Positions 47,542-64,000 of a stretch of DNA of 64,000 bases are shown here, in pieces. The notes beneath the pieces are model-generated. The model was not told the origin of the DNA, made no database searches, and worked only from the letters and a program-made list of their open reading frames with translations. A program made the position numbers and the translations under genes. Positions within the stretch are counted from its first letter, which is position 1. Each line of letters opens with the position of its first letter. The DNA is from the human T2T-CHM13v2.0 reference genome, Homo sapiens, in NCBI RefSeq assembly GCF_009914755.1, contig NC_060939.1. One strand, written 5' to 3'.

Positions 47542-47756
47542 CAGCAGTCCCCAACCCTTTTGGTACCAAGGACTGATTTCATAGAAGACAATTTTTCCAC
47601 AGACGCTGGGGAAGCGGGGCGCGGGGAGGATGTTTTCGGGATGAAAGTGTCCCACCTCAGATCATCAGGCATTATTTAGATTCTCATAAGGAGCGTGCAA
47701 CCTAGATCCCTCGCATGCACAATTCACAATAAGGTTCGCACTCTTGGGGACCTCTG
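47542..47756. mobile_element. MER1-family (hAT-Charlie) element, internally deleted
   Basis: Termini CAGCAGTCCCCAA / TTGGGGACCTCTG with a perfect 8-bp TSD TCCTAGAG (47534-47541, 47757-47764). Confidence 0.85.
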
Positions 47757-47779
47757 TCCTAGAGGTATTTGTTGGCATC

Positions 47780-48124
47780 TGTATCAGTTAGTTATTGCTA
47801 CATACCAATCTACCCCAAAATAAGTGGCTCAGACAATAGTAATTTATCCTTCCTCATGTGTTTATGGGTTAATGGGGCAGTTTTGGTCAGTGGCTGGTCT
47901 CAATGGTAGTCAGCCAGCATTTACCTAGGTGGATTTGCTGCTTGCCTTGCCCCATGTGGTCCCCTCCTCCAGCAGGCTAGTCCAGGCATCATAATTTAGT
48001 CTGGAACTGCCACATGTTCTTGGCCAAAGCCCAAGGCCAGTACAGATTCAGGAAATAGAGGGGAGCTGCAAAGTCACTGCAAAATGTGTGGGAAATTGGA
48101 GCCATTTTTCATCAATCTACCACA
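47780..48124. mobile_element. Old MLT1-type LTR
   Basis: tgtatcagttagttattgct...accccaaaataagtggct...caatctaccaca termini. Confidence 0.5.
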
Positions 48125-49060
48125 TCACCTGAGACCAACTTGTCAACCGTCTTTCAATATTCAATGGAATTCCTTATCTGAGAGTGTCAACTAGCCAAAA
48201 CATGGCTGAGACCAAAGAAAGTAATAGATCCTCTGAGCCAGTTCTGAGATGCAAGTAATAGGTCCTCTGAGCCAGTTTTAAGATGATTGCTAGGCTCACG
48301 GCAGATTAAAAGCTTTAAAATTAGAAGCTGCATAGTGACCTAAACCAAAACCAGAGTGGTCAGGGGCTGTGTATACAGTCTAGAACACAACAGTCCAATA
48401 GGATTAGAGCCTGAAAAGGACAAATGATATTTGGTGTTTTGTTTCAAAAAGTGCATAATTCATTTTATAAAGATCCTCCCCCCACATGATTTGAATTTCA
48501 TATAATAGTGTTTTTGTGTCTAGTCACAACCTGGAACAACATTCCTAAGGGACTCTACACCTGCAACCAAGGAATCATTGATTTACTAGGAGATCTAACT
48601 CTAGCTGGCTACTCTTTGCTTCTTACAAATGAGCTCTGTCTTTGACTACTTTTGCAGAAACCACGTTGGTGGATCCCAAGGAATTTCTCCTTTCCAGGAG
48701 GAGCCAAGGCAGGATAGCCTAACAGTTAGTTTCCTATACATCTCATGAAAAATAAATCTGCGCTTTGGGAGGCTGAGGCGGGTGAATCACGAGGTCAAGA
48801 GATCGAGACCATCCTGGCCAACATGGTGAAACCCTGTCTCTAATAAAAATGCAAAAATTGGCTGGGTGTGGTGGCTCACACCTGTAATCCCAGCACTTTG
48901 GGAGGCCGAGGCGGGCGGATCACGAGGTCAGGAGTTCGAAACCAGCCTGGCCAACATGGTGAAACCCCATCTCTACTAAAAATACAAAAATTAGCTGGGC
49001 GTGGTGGTGTGCACCTGTAATCCCAGCTACTGGGGAGGCTGAGGCAGGAGAATGGCTTCA

Positions 49061-49317
<257 letters not shown>

Positions 49318-49609
49318 TCAATCAATCTGCTCTCAGTGTCTCGAGGCGGGCTTTCACCAAACGTCAACCTCACATCTATTCCGCGACCGGGTCAGTAAGG
49401 AAGGGCCCAGCGGTCGTCGAACTACCACAGCTATTTCGGCCCCGCCCCGTCCCGCCCCCAGCTTTGGACCCACCCTTTCCCCCGCTTCTTGCCCTCTTGG
49501 GAGCTCTGTTCCCCTTTGGCATCGCCCGGGGACACCAATTAAATGCAGCTTCACACTGTGACTGCCCCTGGGAACCCTCATTTTATTTTATTTATTTATT
49601 TATTTTTGA

Positions 49610-49822
<213 letters not shown>

Positions 49823-49869
49823 TGATCTGCCCGCCTCGGCCTCCCAAAGTGCTGTGATTACAGGTGTGA

Positions 49870-50100
<231 letters not shown>

Positions 50101-50251
50101 TAGCCAGGATGGTCTCGATCTGCTGACCTCGGGATCCGCCCGCCTTGGTCTCCCAAAGTGCTGGGATTACAGGCGTGAGCCACAGCGCCGGGCCCGGAAT
50201 CCTCGTTTTAAATAAGGGCCACGCCGGAGTTTGATTTTGAACTGATCGGCC

Positions 50252-50268
50252 AACGCCACCTGGCAGCA
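50252..50268 (-). promoter_or_regulatory. Candidate CTCF site upstream of the NIPA2 promoter
   Basis: Minus strand reads GCTGCCAGGTGGCGTT, close to the CTCF core CCASYAGRKGGCR. Motif match only. Confidence 0.5.
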
Positions 50269-50489
50269 TACTGTACTGCTTAACTACGCTTCCAGCTTCG
50301 TCCCTCGCCAGGTCCCGCCTGGATCCTGCGCCCCGCCCCCGTCCCCACACTCTACGCGCCCCGCCCTCCGCGCTCAGCCGACTGGGGCCTTGTAAAGGAA
50401 CCGGAACCCGGCGGGAGAGAGCCCCGGGGGCGGGGTGTACGTGGTGCGGCACTGCGCGTGCGCGCGAGGCCTCTTGCGTCATTTAGCCG

Positions 50490-50758
50490 CGCCTAGGTTT
50501 TCCGGCGCCGGCCCTAGGTCCCGGCAGCGGTGGTGACGGCGGTGCCGGAGGTTGTCCTTGGCAGGTTTTCCTCGGCGCTTCTCCATGGAGGAGGCGGTGC
50601 GAACGGCTTCAGCCCCGAATGCTCGCATCTCCCACTGGACGGCGACGAAGGCGGTGGCCGTGCGAGCGCAGGACTGGGCGGCCTGTGTGGGGGTGTGAGC
50701 CGCGGTGCCCAAGGCTGCGCCGGCGAGGGGAAGCCGCGCGGCCGGCCGGCCGACTAGG
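50490..50758 (+). other. NIPA2: NIPA2 non-coding exon 1 (start approximate)
   Basis: Lies immediately downstream of the promoter motifs. Donor AGG|gtgagg at 50758/50759. Confidence 0.7.
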
Positions 50759-50898
50759 GTGAGGTCGCCACTCCTTCCTTTCAGGCAAGCGCGAAGGGGC
50801 TGACTTGGTGGCGAGCCAGCCCGCCTTGTGTCGGAGAAGGGTTCTTCGGGCAACTTTCCTTTCCGGGTGTTCTGAAGCGGTTTTCCTGTAATCCTCAG

Positions 50899-51011
50899 TG
50901 AGGAAACCCACCGTGAATCGGATTGCCGTTCAGTCCCACGGAAGCCTGGCTCGTTGGCCATGTCGGGGACGCATGTTCATTAAGTTCATTAAAATAATTT
51001 CATTTGTCTTG
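50899..51011 (+). other. NIPA2: Possible alternative NIPA2 5' UTR exon or extended first exon
   Basis: Strong donor TTG|gtgagt at 51011/51012. Plausible acceptor ttttcctgtaatcctcag at 50898. The 5' boundary is uncertain. Confidence 0.45.
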
Positions 51012-51491
51012 GTGAGTTTTAGAAGGTGGCTTCAGCTGCTGCGGGGATCATAACTGACAGTTAAACAAGCCTTAGAAGTCTGCTGTGACGTTTTGAGCCT
51101 GGCTGTTTTAATTTCCTTTTATAAAATCACGGAATCCTATTTCCCTCTCTATACAATTGCTCAAAACTGTGTGTTTAGTTTGGTGTTTGTGCCTCCTTAA
51201 TTTCTTTTCTAGGTTGTTAGTTCATTTAATACAGGACTGCATGTTAAGTTCTGTTTCTAGAAATCCTGTGTATAGCCATGTGCCCGGTTAATACTTTTTT
51301 TAGTAAGAGGAAATATCAGAGTCGAGAGTTTCCATTCCAGTAAGCTGCCTGTCGAAGCAGTAGTTGTGCTCGATTGAGTAGGTTTTATGTTGATTGGTTG
51401 GCAAAATGAGTATGAAGGCTAGTAACCAAATTATAAAACGTACTTAGTAACTTTAAGTCTTTTGCCTACTTCTGTGTTTTCTTCTTTCTAG

Positions 51492-51627
51492 GCTGGAGCT
51501 ACTCGGCCAGGGTTTAAGACTTTAAATGAGAATAAAGGGTGGTATTTACGAGGAAATGAGAGTGAATAAGTCATCTCTAACCTCTCCCAGCCTTTTTTTC
51601 ATAAGAGAGACCATATTAAACTTACAT
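51492..51627 (+). other. NIPA2: NIPA2 non-coding 5' UTR exon (136 bp)
   Basis: Acceptor ttttcttctttctag and donor CAT|gtaagt. Size agrees with my unverified recollection of the NIPA2 transcript structure. Confidence 0.75.
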
Positions 51628-51764
51628 GTAAGTTAAAATTGTAATTTATAACTAATATTGTTGCATAGTTAGGGTTGGAGATTTAGGTTCTGTAATATTT
51701 ATAAGTACAGTACTGCTTTGAAAAATTATTAGCCAAGTGAGAGGTTGGAAAAAATTAAATCTAA

Positions 51765-52037
<273 letters not shown>

Positions 52038-52093
52038 TGAGCCACCGAGCCGGGCCTAAGCTAACTTAGATAGCAGTGGAAACCAGGTAGTAA

Positions 52094-52363
<270 letters not shown>

Positions 52364-53364
52364 TGACCTCAGGTGATCCGCCCGCCTCGACCCCCCAAAG
52401 TGCTGGGATTACAGGCGTGAGCCACCGCGCCCGACCTAAGAGCTCTAAAGTGTTAATGTAATGTGGGCAGCCGGGTGTAGAAGTAAAGTCCCTTTCTGTG
52501 TGGTCCTCTGCATGTGACTCTTTTTTACCCCTGGGAGGTTTCCTTAGCTGTAAAGTGATACCTTCATCTTATTGCGTAGAAGAGAAATGAGTAGAAATGA
52601 TGCATGGAATAGTGCCTGGGGAGGTGTTCAGTAAGTGGTAGCTATTGTTAGGGAGAGATAATAAAAAGAATTTCACATATTTTCAGAATGTTTTTAATAG
52701 GTAAATATGGTTTACTCATATTTAAAACACATGACTTTGAATATTACATTTTTTTATAGATGGTGTAAGCTTCATTTAAACTGATTTATTTGATTGCTAT
52801 ACATTGTGATATTGAACAGAAAGATAAGACTTCTGCAGAGAATAAAAGGTGGGGTGGGGGTGGGAGAGGAAATGGGAGATTTAGGTCACAGGATACAAAG
52901 TAGCAGATATTCAGGATGTACAACTTGAGAACTACAGCTAATGAAATTGTATTAGAGATTTTCCTTCAATGAGTAGATTTTAGCTGCTTTTGTCATAAAA
53001 AAGTAACTACATGAGATGATAGATATGTTGATTTGCTCTACTGTGGTAACTGTGTTAGTATCTGTATGTTTCCCATAACATAAATCTCAAATATACACAA
53101 TTTGCAAAGATTTATCTGTGTTGTAGAATTAAATACACCCCTCAGACTAGATTAGAGCATCCTTAAACATTTCTGCATATCTATTTGTTTTATGTAAATG
53201 AAGTTGAAACAGAACTACTTAAATAGTTCTGTAATGGCTCCAGATGAAAATAAATTATGATCTGGCCAAATAAATGGGTTGCAGATCTGTTCCTTGCCTT
53301 TTGGGTTTGTGTATGGCCCATAGGGCCCCACGTGATCTGACACTCACCTTTTTTTTTCTTCTGA

Positions 53365-53580
<216 letters not shown>

Positions 53581-54519
53581 TGATCCACCCGCCTCGACCT
53601 CCCAAAGTGCTGGGATTATAGGCGTGAGCCACCGCGCCCGGCCGGACACTCGCTTTTTCACGCTAATGTATCTCACCTGCCCTCACTCAAGGTCAGCCAC
53701 AGTGGCCTTTGTTTAGGAAACTGCACACCCGCTCATACCTCAGAGCCCCTGCACTTGCTTCTCTCTCCTTTGTTCTTTTCAAAAAGCTCTTTGAAGCTTC
53801 TACTCAAGTGTTACTGCTCAGCAAGGCCTCCTAACTATGGTCATTAGAATCCCCCAACTCAACTCCCCAGTGCCCTTCACATGTTTTATTTTTTACCATA
53901 ACATTTGCCACTTTTCCAGAATAATGTCTTTATTTCGTTTATTATTTCGCCCTACCTCTAGCAGGAGATAACCCCATGTGGGCTGTTGTACCCCTGCTCC
54001 TAGAATATTGTACATGCTCAGTAAACGTTGGTTGGTTGAGTAAATGATATAAGCAAGCCACATGTTCACTGGGAGCCACAGTGAAGGCAGTACTAGTTAA
54101 GTACCAAAGTAACCGTAACAGAGGGGTAGTTAGTGTCAACCAAATATGGAGGAGGAAAGGTAGGAGCAGGTTAGAATAGCAGCAGAGTGCTGACCGGGGT
54201 AGAACACAGGATGTGTGAAATATGGTATGGGGAAATAAGATCTAGGCTGGGCGCGGTGGCTTACGCCTGTAATCCCAGCACTTTGGGAGGCTGAGGTGGG
54301 TGGATCACAAGGTCAGGAGATCGAGACCATCCTGGCTAACATGGTGAAACCCCATCTCTACTAAAAAAAAAACCCAAAATATTGGCCGGGCACGGTAACT
54401 CACGCCTGTAATCCCAGCACTTTGGGAGGCCGAGGCAGAAGGATCACCCGAGGTCAGGAGTTCAAGACCAGCCTGACCAACATGGCGAAACCCCATCTCT
54501 ACTAAAAATACAAAAATTA

Positions 54520-54907
<388 letters not shown>

Positions 54908-55236
54908 TTACACAATTTGGTCTTCTTGCTACAAACAGGGGTCGTGATTCCAAATTCTTCAGCAGAAGGCTGAGATTGGCAGAGATGAGGAGGCCTGGAT
55001 TATAGTTCTGCTTCTGCTACCTCAGCTGTGTGACGTGTTACTTAACATCTCTGGACTTGGGCCAGGTGCGGTGGCTCACGCCTGTAATCCCAGCACTTTA
55101 GGAGGCCAAGGCTGTTGGATCACGAGGTCAGGAGATCGAGACCATCCTGGCTAACATGGTGAAACCCCCGTCTCTACTAAAAATACAAAAAAATTAGCCA
55201 TGCATGGTGGTGGGTGCCTGTAGTCCCAGCTACTCA

Positions 55237-55374
<138 letters not shown>

Positions 55375-55449
55375 TCATTGTGGGCCCTTACCACATATCT
55401 TTTTAATTAAGGCTTTGTTGAAATGTCAAAAGTGCTGTGAAAAGTTTAA

Positions 55450-55677
<228 letters not shown>

Positions 55678-56134
55678 TAGAGATGGGGTTTCACCAGGTT
55701 GGCCAGGTATGTTTTGTAGAGATGGGGTTTCACCATGTTGGCCAGGCTGGTCTCGAACTCCTGGCCTCAGGTGATCTCCCACCTCGGCCTCCCAAGGTGC
55801 TGGGGTTACAGATGTGAGCCGCCGTGCTCGGCCCAGTTGGTGTAATTTTTAAAGTTTGCTAACTTTGGTGATTGTGTTGCCTACTGATAATCATTTTGCA
55901 AAGCAGGTCCTAGTTTAGGTTTTCCTTATTAGAATACTAGTCCATTTTTGCCTGTTTCTTAAATCATGTGTTTTCCACATTTTTTAAGAAAGTGGACTAA
56001 TTTCATAATTTTCTTTTATTTGAGATGTATTTATTCCATTTTTGACATGCTTTATGTTTAATGAAAGTTCACATTACAAATATTAGTAAAATCAATTGTG
56101 AAAATTGAACTTGTTGGCCGGGAGTGGTGGTTCA

Positions 56135-56446
<312 letters not shown>

Positions 56447-56982
56447 CTAGGTGTCGTGGTATACGCCTGTGGTCCTGTTGATTTGAGCAGCTGAGGTCAG
56501 AGATCACTGCAACCCAGGCATTTGAGACAGCAGTGAGCGATGATCGCGCCACTGCACTCCAGCCTGGGAAACAGAGTGAGACACTGTCAAAAACCACAAC
56601 AACAACAACAACAACAAAAAAGCCCTTCCCCTCCCACACACAGAATAAGCAGAAAATCATAAGACTCTTTAAAAGTGTTTAAAACGTCAGTAGGTTATTT
56701 TTGGAATTTTTAATTCTCTTAGTCGTGGAGTCCTTGAGGATAGGCCCTTTGATCATCTTTACAACTTCAGTGCCTGGCAGATAATAGCTGCTCAGTGTTT
56801 GTTGAGCAATGGTCACAGTTCGGATTACTCCCGAGTCCCCCTAAGTAAACTGGGCAGGTGAACCACATGGAGCTTGGGAACCTAGTTGAAGTGAAATTTA
56901 GAAAATTTTACTGTTTATCTGTCTTTAATACTGGCCCTGCCTCATGGCTAATTCTTAAGAAGAAAAAATATCTCTGTTGCAG

Positions 56983-57104
56983 GCTCTCCCGGCTGTGATA
57001 GACCTTCAGTTACAGAGAGAGGGAGCAGAGTGGGACCAGGTCTGAGAATAGTGAAGCAACTCATTCCTTTCAGGACATTCCCTCTGATGTCCTATTTTCA
57101 AACT
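56983..57104 (+). other. NIPA2: NIPA2 non-coding 5' UTR exon (122 bp)
   Basis: Acceptor tctctgttgcag and donor ACT|gtaagt, in a repeat-free island. Confidence 0.72.
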
Positions 57105-58333
57105 GTAAGTCAGAATGAGATCACTTATTTTCTTGGTGGCAGAAGGCTGCTTTATAATTTGAAGGCTTGCAAATTGTATGCTGCTTGTCATCCCCCAGCC
57201 CTCCACACATACACCCTGGTACAGTTCCATGCATGAAGAAACAACCAGATCACCTTATTTGGTGATATGCCTCATTCTAGAAAGATTTGTAAATCAAATT
57301 TGCTACCGTAAATGAGTGCCTTTTGTGGGGAAACCACCACAGAAAACCTAAGTAATTGTTTTTAAGGAACTTAAAGAGTTTACCTTGAAGATAGAACAGT
57401 AGTTGAGAATTAAATAGTAAAGAAGAGAAAATGCCTGTGGGCTGGAGTTAATTGCAGAAGTCTTTGTAGCACAGCTTAAGGTGTACCCTGGCCTTGAGTG
57501 GAGAGCAGGCTTTGGGTTGCAGGAGGAGGAGGAGGGGAGGGCCTGTCTGAGGGTGTCAGGTTTCTGTGTTAGGAAATGAAGTGGGCAGGAGAGGGGTGCC
57601 TGGCCAGGGGGACTCTCGAAAGCCATATGCACATGATGGACCCAGCTGGTCAGAAAAGGCCTTCTCTCTGCTTTTTGTGTTTGAAATTTCCCATAACACA
57701 TAAATTAAAATAAAAGGGAAAGGGGAAAATAGATTTTAAATAGCATCATGAAACTTTATGTAAAATAAATATGGAGAAAATCTCATATGATAGCCTTAGT
57801 AAGGTTAGGAATAATGTTCATTGGCCTTAGGATTAAATGAGTAAAATTCCATTATATGTATTGTTTTAATCACCTCTTCACCTTGTCAGCGAGAGAGGGA
57901 TTTCCATCCCACAGTACTGACACTGGACAGACGAGATGGACGGAAGTTTCTTAGTCTTTCGCTTAGGATAGAACGGAGAACCAGGGGCTGCGGGAGGCAA
58001 GGCTTTGTGGTAACGAGAGTGGCTGTGGTTCCTGCAGAAAGACTAATAATTGCTTTCAGAATTCCTTGGGCTGGCAGGGCAGTGGGGCCTACTCCTCAGG
58101 CATAAGCAGCAACTGTACCTGTGCCTGGTCACTGTGATGAGAATTGTTTGGCATCTTGGGGAGGGAAGCTTGCCCTGAGGCCATTAAAAGCTCCTGGTTT
58201 TTACCAGATGTCAAGGCAACATGTAATACTGGCTCTTAATGTTAGACCTTACACCACATGTATGTAACTTGCATTTAGTGAAAGTTAACATTAAGTGTTA
58301 GTAAATATTAGTAAATTAAGTAGTTACAAATCA

Positions 58334-58714
<381 letters not shown>

Positions 58715-58768
58715 TTTGTGAGTCTGTTGTTTTTTGTTTTTGTTGTTGTTTTTTTTTTGTTTGTTTGA

Positions 58769-58930
<162 letters not shown>

Positions 58931-60561
58931 TAGTAGAGACAGGGTTTCTCCATGTTGGTCAGGCTGGTCTCGAACTCCCGACCTCAGGTGATCTGCCCGC
59001 TTCTTCCTCCCAAAGTGCTGGGATTACAGGCCTGAGCCACCGCGCCCGGCCTTGTGAGTCTATTGTTATACTGGGATTAGAACTGTAGATAAACCTGACT
59101 TTTTTCTGGATATCATCTTTATTGGTAAGAAGGTTCAATTTTATTGCTTACAGAATATTCAGACTATAAATTTGATTTGTTCCATTACCATAGAACTTAA
59201 AGTATATAGTGAGCAATACAGCTGTCAAGTAGTCACTTCCACAGCAGTAGAACTTGCATGATAATTAAGAACATTGCTTCATGAAGACAAAGATTAAAGG
59301 AGGATGATGATTCTTTTTTTTTTTTTCCGAGACGGAGTCTTGCTCTGTCACCTAGGGTGGAATGCAGTGGGGTGATCTCGGCTTACTGAAACCTCCGCCT
59401 TCTGGCTTCAAGCAGTTCTCCTGCCTCAGCCTCCCAAGTAGCTATGATTACAGGAACCCGCCACTGCGCCAGCTAATTTTTGTATTTTTAGTAGAGATGG
59501 GGTTTCACCATGTTGGCAAGGATGGTCTCGAAATCCTGACCTCGTGATCTGCCCACCTCGGCCTCCCAAAGTGTTGGGATTACAGGCATGAGCCACCGTG
59601 CCCGGCCGATGATTTTTATGTCAGATGATCTTTTTTATTTTATCTTATTTTTATTTTTTTGAGACAGAGTTTCTATCTTGTTGCCCAGGCTGGAATGCAA
59701 TGGCACTATCTCAACTCACCACAACCTCTGCCTCCCTGGTTGAGGCAATTCTCCTGCCTCAGCCTCCCAGGTAGCTGGGATTACAGGCATGTGCCACCAC
59801 GCCCAGCTAATTTTTGTATTTTTAGTAGAGACGGGGTTTCTCCATGTTGGTCAGGCTGGTCTCGAACTCCCGACCTCAGGTGATCCGCCCACCTCGGCCT
59901 CCCAAAGTGCTGGGATTACAGGCGTGAGCCACCACGCCTGGTCGATGATTTTTATGTTGGATGATCTTAAGGAATGCTTTCATTGAAGTGAGGTGACCCT
60001 GACTCATGAGAAGGATATACCTGCCAGGAGGGCTGAAGCGTTTGGGTAGCTCGGTTTCTCACTCCCATTTTCGTAGTCCGTATAACCATTTTCCTTGCAT
60101 TTTCACTTCCATCTAGTACTGCCACTTGCTAGCATATTGGATAAATGATTATGGTTCTCAAGTTTAAAAGCTATAAAACATCGGTTACATTTTAGGATGC
60201 CAATCTAAATGATGCAGTAGTTTTCTGTGTATTAATGGCTGCTTTGTTTGTTTGTTTGAGACCAGGCATAACTATGTTGCCCAGGCTAAACTTGAACTCC
60301 TGGTTTCAAGCAATCCTTCTGCCTCAGCCTCCTGGTGTGTACCACTGTATCTGGCTGTTTTTAAGGGCTAATTATGAATTATTCCATTTGGCTGGGGTGG
60401 TGGCTCATGGCTGTAATCCTAGCACTTTTTGAAGGCTGAGATGGGCGGATCACTCGAGGTCAGGAGTTCCAGACCAGCCTGGCCAACATAGTGAAACTCC
60501 ATCTCTACTAAAAATACAAAAACTAGCTGGGCATGGCAGCATGTGCCTGTAGTCCCAGCTA

Positions 60562-60669
<108 letters not shown>

Positions 60670-61431
60670 TCAAAAAAAAAAAAAAAAAAAAAAAAAAAGA
60701 ATTACTCCATTCATCCATATTCACCCAGAAAACACACATTAAGACCTATTTTGAGACTACCAGATAGCTATGTGCATAGGCTAAAAGGGCGAATATCATG
60801 CAGGAGCCCAGGAGCTTACAGTCTGATGCAGGAGACTGGCTGATAAACACAGATCAACAAGCCATGCAGGATGCAGTGGGAACAGTGTAAGCACACCTGC
60901 TTTTTGTTGCAATGTTACAGCGTGTAGAAATGATGATTGTCCCTGACATCTTGTTTCAAGTTCTCCTACCTTGTCTTTAAATGTGTTTACATCTCTGTAA
61001 TTTATTTTTACTGTCAATGAGACTCACCTATCTAGAATTATTCCATAGATATGCTGAAGTTAACTTGAGGCTTGAGATGACCAGTATTTGGCACATAAAG
61101 TGGGTAATACCTTAGATTGTTCAGCTTCTTTCTTTTTATGTATATATCTGTTAATGTGGTGACTCATCCAAGATCACACCTCCAGCTGGAAGCAAGACGG
61201 GGTCTCCAAACTCCCCACCTAAGACTTTTCTCATGGAATCTTGCCTTATGAATGGCACAGAGGGACTAGGGGTACTTTTCCAAATCTGTTAAGGGAGAGG
61301 TCAGTTCTGGAAGGCTTTCGGGTAGACAGTCTCATCCATGAGATTATGACTGATACTTAGAAGAACTCAGCACCTTTTTGACTTGAGTGTTTTCTTTCAA
61401 TGTTTCAGTATTTTTTTTTTTTTTGAGATAG

Positions 61432-61590
<159 letters not shown>

Positions 61591-63485
61591 TAGTAGAGAT
61601 GGGGTTTCACCGTGTTAGCCAGGATGACTCGATCTCCTGACCTTGTGATCCACCAGCCTCAGCCTCCCAAAGTGCTGGGATTACATGTGTGAGCCACCGC
61701 GCCCGACCCAGTGTTTCAGTATTATTTTGTCTTAGGTTGTGGGGTGACCTGGCTTTTGGGACTTGCTGGTGGTTTCTACCTTGGCATCCTTGTACCTTTT
61801 GAGCACTAAAGGTTGTATTTTAAAAACGTTAATATGGAAATGTTCAGAAATACACAAAAGCAGATATAGTAATACAATGAGTCCCTGTGTACCCATCACC
61901 CAGCTTTTACCCATCACTGAATCCCCATTTTCTACAGAAAATTTTTGGTTTTTCAAAAATCAGGGTGGAAACTTCATACTTGCAGTAAGCCTGTTTGTGT
62001 GTGTGAGTTAGCTATCTCAGTGGCATAGAGGAATGAGCACTTAGATCATGCTCACAGTTCTGTGAGTCACTGGGACGATTTTGTTCTGTACCCTTCACTC
62101 TGTTGTGATCAGGACATGCACTTCCTGTGGCTATGGCAGGGTGCGAAGGGGCAAGCAGAAGTAAGAGAGGCCTCTAGGTGTAGACTCAGAACTGGCACTC
62201 TGTTCCTTACACCTCCCTCCCATTGGCCAAAGCAAGCTTGATGGCCAAGCGGCAAATCAGGGGTGAGGGAGAATAGTCTTCTCATTGAATCATACAGGAA
62301 CGATAATGCACCTTAATGGGCAAATCAAAAACATTGGACTTTTTCATTTCTTGGGAGTAATATCAACTCAGTGTGATAATGTCGTGTTTACCATTATTGC
62401 AGTCTCCCTGCAGTAATGTTATCACTCCTTATTTAACTATCTCTTGTCTGTCTTCCTTGTGAAGCTAGAGAGCTTAGCATAATAAACGCTTAGCACATAA
62501 TATCCAGTAAATACTGTTTGAATGGATGGATAAAGTAATTGAGGGGCTAGGTGGACAGGGAGTTTAAGTTGCTTTGGTTAAAAGCCAGTGTCTCATAACT
62601 TGAAGAACGGAAAAACATGGCTAGTTAGGGTCCTGACTGAATTGCAGATTAGTTTTGGAACTCCGAAGTTAAATTGTGGGACTAAAAATCCCAAGATGTG
62701 CTAGAAAGCTGATCTGGCAGTTAGAACCAATCATAAACCTTGTTGCTAAAAACTATTTTTTCTCTGCTATCCACACTGTGCTTTAGTTCATCTGTCAACT
62801 GAGTTTATGAGTTGGCCATTTGGAAAAACAATTGCAGTCTTGGTAAGCCTCTGCTTCCTGTCTGGCCTCGAGGATTGAGCCCTCCAGATACCATGGTCCT
62901 CATGTTCTCCAAAGGCCACCGGTACCATACTGCACGCCCCAGCAGACACCTCTCTGCAAGAATTGTTACCCTCTGATAAATAATGTGAAATCTGCCTTCT
63001 CTCAGCACATCCCTGAATAGGCTAAATAAATAAATTAGCATATGCTTATGTGCACCTATTGCTAAGAAGAAAATGTATGGGTGAGAAAATTTTGAGTTTC
63101 TTTGTATAGATTATTCAAAAGGACACATTTGAGAACCTGATAAATGTATTTCCAAACTAGATTTGTATATTATGCCTAATTTTTTCTGCAGAATTTTTTT
63201 TTCTTATCAGAAAGTTTTATTAAGGCTAGAAACATTTTTTTTTAAAATATGGGATCAGAGTTTATGAAATCAGTTTAAACTTGGTTTTATAGCATGATCC
63301 TATCTTTTGCCATAATTTGAAGAAATATACAGGTTGGTGCTAAATTTAAATAATAAATATTATCAATATTAGTAATGAAGGAGCTATTTTTTCTTTAGGG
63401 GAAGAGAAATGGAGTAAAATTTTGAATTGCATGTGAGCTGTCATGAGCATTCTGTGAAAACCACATTTCATTTTTTATTGTTTAG

Positions 63486-63734
<249 letters not shown>

Positions 63735-64000
63735 TGACTTTGAAGTGACCTCAGTGTCTACCTACATGCACAGGTTCTTTGTACAAGACCACATCTTCAT
63801 TTCTCGTGAGTGTATTTGAAACTTTGAATTGTTCAAGAGTTCTAAATGTTTACAAAGTTGATGTTTGGTTATTTATATTGAGAAAAGAAGTGAGAAGATG
63901 TCATAATTAGTTAACTACTCAGTCCTGCAGTTATCATCAAAATGGAAACAGGGACCAATGCCCAAGTAATATCCAACCTTTTCTTTAAATTTTGATATGT

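Larger units (their letters stand above)
50200..50980 (+). promoter_or_regulatory. NIPA2: CpG-island, TATA-less promoter of NIPA2
   Basis: Dense CpG. GC boxes at 50331-50340 and 50427-50436, ETS-like CCGGAA at 50401, NRF1-like TGCGCGTGCGC at 50453-50463, CRE-like TGCGTCA at 50475-50481. Confidence 0.9.

Noticed and set aside
51531-51536. AATAAA inside a NIPA2 5' UTR exon
   Set aside because: No clear downstream element, and a strong donor 90 nt away would suppress it; likely incidental.

Overview
Primate, almost certainly human, genomic DNA from the 15q11.2 BP1-BP2 region, recognised from the encoded proteins. On the + strand it holds most of NIPA1 (SPG6, Mg2+ transporter): the distal ~22.6 kb of intron 1, coding exons 2-5 and a ~5.5 kb 3' UTR ending near 41.62 kb. 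Exon 1 with the polyalanine tract lies upstream of the window. A ~9 kb spacer follows, containing an intact MER11 solo LTR and MER1/MLT elements. Then come the CpG-island promoter, non-coding 5' exons and first coding exon of the tandem paralogue NIPA2. Roughly 70-80 Alu copies or fragments and old L1 pieces fill the introns and explain almost all ORFs in the supplied track. I found no new protein-coding gene. The most notable unexplained structures are: (1) a splice-configurable, uORF-loaded NIPA2 leader with an AUG-stop element, a candidate for Mg2+-responsive translational control; (2) a 22-bp minisatellite in NIPA1 intron 4 carrying eight UGCAUG (RBFOX) motifs behind an atypical exon 4 acceptor; (3) a 132-bp non-Alu inverted duplication inserted into a 5'-inverted L1; (4) a candidate in-frame alternative NIPA1 5' exon. 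Repeat family names and boundaries were assigned by eye and are approximate.
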